Below, in pieces: positions 15,601 to 26,701 of a stretch of DNA of 64,000 nucleotides. Source of the stretch: Macrostomum lignano (lineage: Eukaryota); contig NIVC01000815.1 in NCBI GenBank assembly GCA_002269645.1, positions 361,902 to 425,901 on the forward strand, read 5' to 3'. The translations under genes were made by a program, and so were the position numbers. The notes below the pieces were generated by a model. It did no database searches, had not been told where the DNA came from, and saw only the letters and a program-made list of their open reading frames with translations. Each line of letters starts with the position of its first letter. The first letter of the stretch is position 1.

Positions 15601-18600
15601 CACTTGTCAGTGTTGAGCACAGCTGCTCCATGACCCACACACAGCAGACTCACACTTGTCAGTGTTGAGCACAGCTGCTCCATGACCCACACACAGCAGA
15701 CTCACACTTGTCAGTGTTGAGCACAGCTGCTCCATGACCCACACACAGCAGACTCACACTTGTCAGTGTTGAGCACAGCTGCTCCATGACCCACACACAG
15801 CAGACTCACACTTGTCAGTGCTGAGCACAGCTGCTCCATGACCCACACACAGCAGACTCACACTTGTCAGTGCTGAGCACAGCTGCTCCATGACCCACAC
15901 ACAGCAGACTCACACTTGTCAGTTGAGCACAGCTGCTCCATGACCCACACACAGCAGACTCACACTTGTCAGTGTTGAGCACAGCTGCTCCATGACCCAC
16001 ACACAGCAGACTCACACTTGTCAGTGTTGAGCACAGCTGCTCCATGACCCACACACAGCAGACTCACACTTGTCAGTGTTGAGCACAGCTGCTCCATGAC
16101 CCACACACAGCAGACTCACACTTGTCAGTGTTGAGCACAGCTGCTCCATGACCCACACACAGCAGACTCACACTTGTCAGTGTTGAGCACAGCTGCTCCA
16201 TGACCCACACACAGCAGACTCACACTTGTCAGTGTTGAGCACAGCTGCTCCATGACCCACACACAGCAGACTCACACTTGTCAGTGTGAGCACAGCTGCT
16301 CCATGACCCACACACAGCAGACTCACACTTGTCACTGTTGAGCACAGCTGCTCCATGACCCACACACAGCAGACTCACACTTGTCAGTGTTGAGCACAGC
16401 TGCTCCATGACCCACACACAGCAGACTCACACTTGTCAGTGCTGAGCACAGCTGCTCCATGACCCACACACAGCAGACTCACACTTGTCACTGTTGAGCA
16501 CAGCTGCTCCATGACCCACACACAGCAGACTCACACTTGTCACTGTTGAGCACAGCTGCTCCATGACCCACACACAGCAGACTCACACTTGTCAGTGTTG
16601 AGCACAGCTGCTCCATGACCCACACACAGCAGACTCACACTTGTCAGTGTTGAGCACAGCTGCTCCATGACCCACACACAGCAGACTCACACTTGTCAGT
16701 GTTGAGCACAGCTGCTCCATGACCCACACACAGCAGACTCACACTTGTCAGTGTTGAGCACAGCTGCTCCATGACCCACACACAGCAGACTCACACTTGT
16801 CAGTGTTGAGCACAGCTGCTCCATGACCCACACACAGCAGACTCACACTTGTCAGTGTTGAGCACAGCTGCTCCATGACCCACACACAGCAGACTCACAC
16901 TTGTCAGTGTTGAGCACAGCTGCTCCATGACCCACACACAGCAGACTCACACTTGTCAGTGTTGAGCACAGCTGCTCCATGACCCACACACAGCAGACTC
17001 ACACTTGTCAGTGTTGAGCACAGCTGCTCCATGACCCACACACAGCAGACTCACACTTGTCAGTGTTGAGCACAGCTGCTCCATGACCCACACACAGCAG
17101 ACTCACACTTGTCACTGTTGAGCACAGCTGCTCCATGACCCACACACAGCAGACTCACACTTGTCAGTGTTGAGCACAGCTGCTCCATGACCCACACACA
17201 GCAGACTCACACTTGTCACTGTTGAGCACAGCTGCTCCATGACCCACACACAGCAGACTCACACTTGTCAGTGCTGAGCACAGCTGCTCCATGACCCACA
17301 CACAGCAGACTCACACTTGTCACTGTTGAGCACAGCTGCTCCATGACCCACACACAGCAGACTCACACTTGTCAGTGTTGAGCACAGCTGCTCCATGACC
17401 CACACACAGCAGACTCACACTTGTCAGTGCTGAGCACAGCTGCTCCATGACCCACACACAGCAGACTCACACTTGTCACTGTTGAGCACAGCTGCTCCAT
17501 GACCCACACACAGCAGACTCACACTTGTCACTGTTGAGCACAGCTGCTCCATGACCCACACACAGCAGACTCACACTTGTCAGTGTTGAGCACAGCTGCT
17601 CCATGACCCACACACAGCAGACTCACACTTGTCAGTGCTGAGCACAGCTGCTCCATGACCCACACACAGCAGACTCACACTTGTCAGTGTTGAGCACAGC
17701 TGCTCCATGACCCACACACAGCAGACTCACACTTGTCAGTGCTGAGCACAGCTGCTCCATGACCCACACACAGCAGACTCACACTTGTCAGTGTTGAGCA
17801 CAGCTGCTCCATGACCCACACACAGCAGACTCACACTTGTCAGTGTTGAGCACAGCTGCTCCATGACCCACACACAGCAGACTCACACTTGTCAGTGCTG
17901 AGCACAGCTGCTCCATGACCCACACACAGCAGACTCACACTTGTCAGTGCTGAGCACAGCTGCTCCATGACCCACACACAGCAGACTCACACTTGTCAGT
18001 GCTGAGCACAGCTGCTCCATGACCCACACACAGCAGACTCACACTTGTCACTGTTGAGCACAGCTGCTCCATGACCCACACACAGCAGACTCACACTTGT
18101 CACTGTTGAGCACAGCTGCTCCATGACCCACACACAGCAGACTCACACTTGTCAGTGCTGAGCACAGCTGCTCCATGACCCACACACAGCAGACTCACAC
18201 TTGTCAGTGTTGAGCACAGCTGCTCCATGACCCACACACAGCAGACTCACACTTGTCAGTGTTGAGCACAGCTGCTCCATGACCCACACACAGCAGACTC
18301 ACACTTGTCACTGTTGAGCACAGCTGCTCCATGACCCACACACAGCAGACTCACACTTGTCACTGTTGAGCACAGCTGCTCCATGACCCACACACAGCAG
18401 ACTCACACTTGTCAGTGTTGAGCACAGCTGCTCCATGACCCACACACAGCAGACTCACACTTGTCAGTGCTGAGCACAGCTGCTCCATGACCCACACACA
18501 GCAGACTCACACTTGTCAGTGTTGAGCACAGCTGCTCCATGACCCACACACAGCAGACTCACACTTGTCAGTGCTGAGCACAGCTGCTCCATGACCCACA

Positions 18601-21600
18601 CACAGCAGACTCACACTTGTCACTGTTGAGCACAGCTGCTCCATGACCCACACACAGCAGACTCACACTTGTCACTGTTGAGCACAGCTGCTCCATGACC
18701 CACACACAGCAGACTCACACTTGTCAGTGCTGAGCACAGCTGCTCCATGACCCACACACAGCAGACTCACACTTGTCAGTGTTGAGCACAGCTGCTCCAT
18801 GACCCACACACAGCAGACTCACACTTGTCAGTGTTGAGCACAGATGTTCCATGACCCACACACAGCAGACTCACACTTGTCAGTGCTGAGCACAGCTGCT
18901 CCATGACCCACACACAGCAGACTCACACTTGTCAGTGTTGAGCAGAAAAGTTTTTCTGCTCCATGACCCACACACAGCAGACTCACACTTGTCAGTGCTG
19001 AGCACAGCTGCTCCATGACCCACACACAGCAGACTCGCACTTGTCAGTGTTGAGCACAGCTGCTCCATGACCCACACACAGCAGACTCACACTTGTCAGT
19101 GCTGAGCACAGCTGCTCCATGACCCACACACAGCAGACTCACACTTGTCAGTGTTGAGCACAGCTGCTCCATGACCCACACACAGCAGACTCACACTTGT
19201 CACTGTTGAGCACAGCTGCTCCATGACCCACACACAGCAGACTCACACTTGTCACTGTTGAGCACAGCTGCTCCATGACCCACACACAGCAGACTCACAC
19301 TTGTCAGTGTTGACCACAGATGTTCCATGACCCACACACAGCAGACTCACACTTGTCACTGTTGACCACAGATGTTCCATGACCCACACACAGCAGACTC
19401 ACACTTGTCAGTGTTGAGCACAGCTGCTCCATGACCCTATGTCACCGTTGGCCCTACACGCAGCAGACTCACACTTGTCAGTGCCGGGCAGCCTGCCCAG
19501 AGCTCTGTTGCACTCTCCATCGTCGCCAAAGTACTCCTTCCAGATCTCCACCTTCTCCCCGGCAGGCGGATCCAGCCAGACTGACCGGGACTTGCCGTCG
19601 ACCGTGTAGCGCTTATTCTTGCCGTTTTCTATTATCAAAGCTTTTTGCTTCTTAACAGCCGGTGTATTAACAGCATTTGAGGTGTAGACTGTGGCGATGA
19701 GACGGGTGCTCGGCATTATCTGCGATGGACAATAATCAATTTTGTCTAATTCCTTTCCTAACAACAAAGATAACAGGGCACACTGTCACAAAAGGTCTTG
19801 AAAGCGCCTCAAAACTTAAGAGATAGAATCCTTAAGCTAAAGGATGCCTGCAGCGTCAGCAGCAGCAGCACATCCTGTACGGGTTGTGGGTAGAAAGCCT
19901 CAGCGCGGATGATGTGGCCTATCAGATGTCGCTGACGTTTTATTAAAGGGGTCGGCAAACTCCGGACTGCGAACCGCATGGCGACTCGCAAAGCTTCTCT
20001 ATCCGGCCTTCGAGTTTTATAACTTCACAATAGCAATTCTTCTCATTTTTATTCCCTCAAATCGATCGTCCCAATCCTAACAAAATCTGTCTATTTACTT
20101 CGCTATACTTTTCTTTGATTCGCCATAGCTACAATTATTAGTAGAGCGTCTTGCATTTTAACAGTTCTTTGCATACTGACTGGTTCTCTCGCATAGAATC
20201 CTTAGCTGTTGCTTGAATAATTTAATTCTAATATAGACCAGGCTTTTAACACAGTAATCGCAAGGAAAATTGCTATGCACGTCAATTTGGTAAGCAAAGC
20301 TACACATTGCAAACATCGTTAAACTGTAAAGCGTAACAGATTAGAGAGCTTGGAAAGCAGTAAACCGCTGCCAATTTGCGTAAATTTGTGCAACCCAGTG
20401 AGGCTTATGATTGAAAAAATTCGACCGTAAATTTTCTTACACTGGCTCCGTTGGTAGCCAACTGGCCCAGTAACACTTCCTGTTTAGATGCTGAATCTTA
20501 AACTATCTATCCTATACTGTAATGTAAAGGCCATGTCACTGGCTTTTCCTTTCAATGCATATTGCTTCTTTTGGAGAAGCTTGAATGCGATAGAATTGAG
20601 GCCGTTGCAAAAGCTTTGTTTATTAACTAAACAAGAGAATTTACATGAAGTTCTTGACAAGAGAGGTGCGGTCATTTAAAAACCATCATCTCTAAGATTT
20701 GGCAAAGAAAATTGACTCACTTCGAAAAGAGATTTCACTTTTTCTGGCACGTCGTGCGGAAAATTCGATGTGCTTAGCAACTGATCAGTGCTTCCCTTCG
20801 ATTTGTCCTTCTTCCGGTTGAGAAATGAGAGCGGTTTTCTGCAATTTCACATGGTGAATTCAGCGACCACAAGTGCACTTCATATAGTGATTGCATCAAG
20901 TTGAAAAAACGCGCACGCTTCTAGACTTATAACAAACCTTAATACGAGCTACAAGTACATGTAGATAAATCGAAAAATATGATCATACTCTGATAGTAAT
21001 TCAATCTTTCCTGTTGATTGCATGCATGGCCTTCCTGGTGAAAGACCTGCGAAAAAGCTCTTGTGCTCGTGAGTCGTAAGCGACTTTGACTAAATTAAAT
21101 GAATTTGAATAATCTTAATTAGATTTCAAAGTGAACCCTGTAGATTGCTGTATGAATATCTGTAGATTAATTGCTACATGCTACATGAATTTTGTAGATT
21201 GTTCAAGGAATATCTGCAGATTGCCGTAGGAATACATGTATGTATAGATTGTTTAGGAATATCTGTAGTCTGCTGTATACCTTGTTGTTAGGAATATCTG
21301 TAGATTGCTGTAGGAATATCTGTAGATTGTTGTTAGGAATATCTGTAAGATTGTTGTTAATTAGGATCATGTCTGTAGATTGCTATCAGGAATATCTGTA
21401 GATTGTTGAGGGGATTTATTAGTTTCTGCGTGGATTTTTTAGATTTCTGGCTGTTTATTAGGCCTGGATCTCTTACGCACTTCACTCACTTGATGGGTGG
21501 CTTCGGCTTCTCGCTGACTGGTGGCGGCGCGTCGTTCACAGTCGCCTCGCCTCCAGTTTCGCTGTCAACGGTGTTCGAAGCGGATGCTGCGGCGGCGGCG

Positions 21601-23584
21601 GATGCTGCTGCTGCTGCAATTTCTGCAGCTGCCCTCGCCTTGCCCTCGTCGTGCGTTGGCACGCTGACTTCGCTGTCGGAGCTGCTGCTGCGGCGCGAGC
21701 CGTCGCCTCCGTCCGGAGGGTCCAGTCCAATTTCAACCGGCTGCTGCTGATCGCTGGGGGAGGGGTTGGGTGCAATTTTAAAGCCTAAATTTGATGACGT
21801 TCTCCACCATCAAACAAAACTAAAGCACGAGTAGTGAGTAGTGAGAGATCTCATAGCACGATTTCATAAAGATCTGTGCAGACTTCCAACTTACATCACT
21901 CCTCTGAACCAGCCTGTTTTAGTCTGCTAAACTATCCTTTTCAAACCAGTCTGTCTTCGAATTCCATAGTCGAAGTGCTCCCTTACTATTTTGATTTTCG
22001 TTATTTCTTGGACCGCGGAATCCCATACTGATTCCGCGGCATTTCCGCCCCTAGCCGCTCCCTACTATTCTGATTCCGCCCCCCCCCCAGCCGCTCCCTA
22101 CTATCCTGATTCCGCCCCCTAGTCGCTGCCTACTATCCTGATTCCGGCCCCTAGCCGCTCCCTACTATCCTGATTCCGCCCCCTAGCCGCTCCCTACTAT
22201 CCTGATTCCTCCCCGTAGCCGCTCTCTAGCATCCTGATTCCGCCCCTATCCACTCTCTCCCAACCCTGATTCCGCCCCGTAGCCGCTCCCTACCATCCTG
22301 CTGATTCCTCCCCTAGCCGCTCCCTACCATCCTGAATCCGCCCCTATCCACTCTCTCCCACCCTGATTCCTCCCATATCCACTCCCTACCATCATGATTC
22401 CTCCCCTAGCCGCTCCCTACCATCCTGATTCCTCCCATATCCACTCCCTACCATCATGATTCCTCCCCTAGCCGCTCCCTACCATCCTGATTCCTCCCAT
22501 ATCCACTCCCTACCATCATGATTCCTCCCCTAGCCGCTCCCTACCATCCTGATTCCTCCCATATCCACTCCCTACCATCATGATTCCTCCCCTAGCCGCT
22601 CCCTACCATCCTGATTCCTCCCATATCCACTCCCTACCATCATGATTCCTCCCCTAGCCGCTCCCTACCATCCTGAATCCGCCCCTAGCCGCTCCCTACC
22701 ATCCTGAATCCGCCCCTGGCCGCTCCCTACCATCCTGATTCCACCCCTAGCCGCTCCCTCCCATCCTGAAATCCGGCACTCACGGCGGATGCAGCTGCCG
22801 ATTCGAGGTTGTCAGCTTCCCGCCTCCGGCTGATCCGTCGGCGCTCGAACCCGAGACCGTCCTCCCCCCGCGGGTTGCGCCGGCCGCCTTCTTGTCAGAT
22901 GAATCGCGCTTGGGCGACTTTTTTCTTTTAATGATTTTGTGGAGCCTGAAAAGAAAGACAAAAGCTTTTTATGCAGTCATGCAGCTCAATGTCAGAATTA
23001 TTACTCATTCAATAATTGTAGTGGTTTTCAATATTTTACTGTTTTATTGCACATTAATGGAGTTAATTTAATTGATCCCTCGCGATGAGCATGCAATTAA
23101 CTTAAAATAACTTCCGTACATTGACTCCTGAAAGGGTGAAAGATAATTTAATGCGTAACGTAATCAATTATGAGCTTTTGCATAAGTACATCTGTGCATT
23201 CTGATAAGCATTCAAATCACTATACATGTATCTGTGCAGTGGAGCTGCTTCTGGGTTCCAGCTCACCTTCTTCTTAATTTTCTTATCGCTGACAGGCTGC
23301 TGCTCAGCACTATGGCTGTCCCCATCCGCTGTCGTGACGTTGACCTCCACCTCCGCCTGCTTGACCACCGGTTTCAGCTCCAGGCCGCTGATCTTGACGC
23401 TGATCGTTCGGATTTGCACCGTTTCGTTGTTGATGACGAGGCACAAGCCGGGCAGATTGGCGCAGCCGTCTGCTTGCTTTGGCGAGTCAGTCGATTCTTC
23501 CAGCGTCTGGAGTTTCGAGTCCAGCGAACAGCGCGACTCAACCTCCTGATCCACTTCTTTGTCGCGGCCGAGCGTGGCTGACAT
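3605..23584 (-). CDS. Uncharacterised 7-exon protein, paralogue A (~419 aa): low-complexity Lys/Ser/Ala-rich N-terminus and conserved ~145-aa C-terminal domain
   Basis: Exons (minus): 23584-23267, 23127-23120 (8 nt), 22945-22784, 21753-21490, 20838-20721, 19719-19473, 3747-3605. All introns are GT..AG, the phases chain without a stop (1260 nt), and exon structure and peptides match paralogue B (e.g. NFPHDVPEKVKSLFE|IMPSTRLIATVY, GTDK|YGYILRDEIDPEG). An extra upstream exon is possible (aaacag|GAAATG). Confidence 0.8.
3825..19483. repeat. Giant 52-bp satellite array (~300 copies) filling the last intron of paralogue A
   Basis: Sense (minus) unit CACTGACAAGT GTGAGT CTGCTGTGTGTGGGTCATGGAGCAGCTGTGCTCAA/G; 15.66 kb / 52 is about 300 units. 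The many MWVMEQLCS.. ORFs are artefacts of it. Confidence 0.99.
21139..21410. repeat. Degenerate ~23-bp minisatellite (gaatatctgtagattgttgttag) in an intron of paralogue A
   Basis: Repeated gaatatctgtagattg motif between exons 21490 and 20838. Confidence 0.8.
22040..22770. repeat. 30-bp minisatellite (ccctagccgctccctaccatcctgattcct) in an intron of paralogue A
   Basis: About 24 tandem copies, starting about 10 nt after the GTGAGT donor at 22783-22778 (minus strand). Confidence 0.95.
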
Positions 23585-24538
23585 TTCCTGTTTTGTACGT
23601 TTGCTAAATGTGAATCGCAGCCCAAAAAATGAATATACGCTCTTAGCTAGCTATGGCCGCCTATATACGGAATCGAACCCTTGTTCGTTGCGCTATTTTT
23701 GTAACTATTTTTGTAACTTAATGTATATAAATCTACCTGCATGATTATAACAAGAACATTAGATTAAAGAAATGAATTAAAAGTATAGAAATCGATCATA
23801 TTGGCTTTTTTACAGATAAAAGCTACAGACAGTTGTAGTAATAAAGCTAAAATATGAGCGAGCAATTGGAATTTTTATAAAAAAAAACATGACAAAGTAA
23901 AAACAGTAGGCCATGGAATTCAACCTCGGTTAGTAATTCCCCTTAATAGGTTATAAAAAAAGAAATTTATAGTAGATCTTTTCTATACACGAGCGTGTTT
24001 TAATTGAAAACTATAAACGGGAATAGCAGTTCTTTTGAGCATGTTCAAAAGCTAGCTAATCTTTTATTAAATATATTATAACTTATAGGAACTCAGAGAA
24101 CAAATTGTTTTTCTAAGAGAACAAAATTTTGTCCGTATATTTTCTTGACAAAAATCTTCCTGGATTCTTAGAGCTAATAATAAATATATAGAAATCCACA
24201 TACCTTTAGAGCAAACAGTAAAGTGCCGGTATTATTAAAGCAAAAGTGTAGCAATTTCAAATGAATTCCAACTGTGTGGATGAAGTTCATTTGAAATTTA
24301 AACAATCTGCCCCGTTATATTTAATTCTACATAGAACTAGTTATAACAAAGCATATCTTTTTTTCGTTCATGAACTTTATTCTATGCAGAAGTTTGCATG
24401 CTGCCAACGTAAATCTTTAAGAGAATTTTCGGTGAAATTTATTTAAAATTCTAAGCTAAGAGCTAGAAGTCGTAATCCGAGTAATTCAGTTAAATTTATT
24501 TTTTAATTTTTCTTACTGTATGTAAGTTTCTGTATTAA

Positions 24539-25255
24539 CAGTAGAACTACCAAGAGAGGGGATCCCCCCTGACAATTTTTTTTGCTGCGCCGGAACGGAG
24601 CAACGCAGGCACACGAAATTCAAGAACACGGGCTAACTTTTTGTTGCGCACCTTCTCAAACAAGAATCAAGTCGCCAGCCCTTCGGACCGTCGAGATATT
24701 CGACGATTCTGCCAGAAGGTCGGGTTTTTCCCATAAGTGCCAGTGTATTCAGTACACCCCTGTGCGCCAATCAGCACTGCGCCTCAGTGCAGCCTTGCCA
24801 AGTCTCCGAATTTCATCAGCACGTCGAACACATGTGTCTGCATCAGCTCTGACTTCGTTGGTCACTGGCCTTCACCCAGGCGGAGCTTCTGGACCTTCAG
24901 CAGGTGGCACCAGGTGACACCCTGATGCGGATTTCTCTAGTTTCGCCGATCAAGGCTCGACTGCTGGACTCAATTGCAACTGCTGGACTCACAGCAGAGC
25001 TGATGCAGACACATGTGGTGACGTGCTGATGAAATTTGGAGGCTTGGCAATGCAGCACTGAGGCGCAGTGCTGATTGGCGCACAGGGGTGTACTGAATGC
25101 ACTGGCGCTTATGGGAAAAATCCGACCTTCTGGCAGAATCGTCGAATATCTCGACGGTCCGGAGGGCTGACGACTTGATTCTTGTTTGAGAAGGTGCGCA
25201 ACAAAAAGTTGGCCCGTGTTCTTGAATTTCGTGTGCCTGCTTGGTATTCCTACTG
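24539..25255. mobile_element. Non-autonomous foldback/MITE-like DNA element with long internal inverted arms
   Basis: Terminal inverted repeats cagtagaactaccaag / cttggtattcctactg flanked by TTAA on both sides (24535-24538, 25256-25259). Inner arms 24605-24851 and 24995-25240 are near-perfect reverse complements around a 143-bp spacer. No coding capacity. Confidence 0.8.
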
Positions 25256-26701
25256 TTAAGTTAGTTTAATGAAAAATATTTTTTACTTTACCTTGCACTG
25301 TGGCAAGTGCATTAATACAATTCAATTAATTGAAATCACATTTTTCGCTTCCGAATCTCTCATAACCAATGAAATCACGTTTATTAAACAAGAAATAATC
25401 AATATATTCAGGCGATATTCCCATTCACCGTAAATCTATAAGCTTATAAATAAGCTTTATAACATGAAAAACTGCTCACAGGTCGAGGCATTGAAACGAA
25501 AAAGTAGCGAGCCTTTTTCAAAAAGAAAAATATAAGCAACATCTATAGATAAAGACATTTATACAGTAAGACAGACAGACAGAGTTTTGATTTTTATAGG
25601 TAGAGATATAGTCAGAATCGATTGTAGAATGATATCAGTATAAGGGTTTTTGCTTTGGGGCTTTGTCAAGGTATAAGCTAAAATAAACAGTAACATATAT
25701 ATTAGCATATGCATACATGCAGGCATTTAAGTAATATGTAGCTGATTATTATAACGATTAAATTAAACATGATTATGTGATGAAAGTTAACGCACCACTG
25801 CGAAAGCGACATATTAAAGGATTAATTTATGGCTCTAATGCATCACTGAGGCTTTTTATGAAACTTATGGCATTAAAAGGCTATGCAGTTTAAGAACAGG
25901 CCCGAATTGCAAGCGCACTTAAATTATAAAAATAGGTACAATTTAGTAGGGAACTAAAAATTTTTTTCCCATGGACCACACTCAAACACCAACTGAACCG
26001 AATTTGAGAAACAAATCTCTCGTATGAGCTGGTGACTGATGGCCTTGATAGGGATGCGTCTTAGGGTTTATAATATTTGATGCAAAAATATATTTAAAAC
26101 TAATCATTTTCAGATTCGTCTGCAGGCCTTCTCTGGCTCACCTGTAAACTTTTAGTCATGTAATTTAGTTCTCTGCAATAACTAAACGCTCTTAGCTCGT
26201 ATCTCACATGTTATCTTGATGCCTTCTGATTGGTTATCACCTCGTGCCCTCTGGCTTCTATCCTTTACCCTAAGGTCTTACTTATGCGTGTTCTTCTCCC
26301 TTCCTCTCGCTGCCTTCTGATTGGTTATCATTATCAACACATCATCCCCTCTGGCTTCTATCTCTTACCCTAGAGTATCACACAATGTCAACCAAGTTTT
26401 TAGTGAGCTAAGATTCTTGCATCAAAAATCAAATTGAAAAAAATCAACCATTTTAAATCATTAGCCACTCTAACGAGCTAAAAAAGATCCCAATTTTAGG
26501 TTGACTATTAAATTTGTTTTTTTCTCAATACCGAGTCCTTAAGTGTTACGTGAAATAATAGAAACTGTGTATGCGTTGCAGATGATTTTATAACTTCTTT
26601 AGTATCGCATTTATGAGATTTACCGGCTTGTTGAATAGTTAAGTATGGGAATATAAGTTTTTATGAATGCAGACTGCCTGGAATAAACCGAGATGCACGC
26701 G

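Noticed and set aside
3825-19483. CRISPR-like array, or repetitive protein from the many MWVMEQLCS.. ORFs
   Set aside because: Units are contiguous with no unique spacers, no cas genes, and a eukaryotic context; the ORFs are short frames through a 52-bp (non-3n) repeat with regular stops.
23168-23266. Read-through of paralogue A exon 1 giving KKKVSW, an RVxF-like PP1-docking motif (138-aa ORF)
   Set aside because: The VSW codons overlap a strong donor (AAG|GTGAGC), and paralogue B has a donor at the same position without the motif; most likely intronic.
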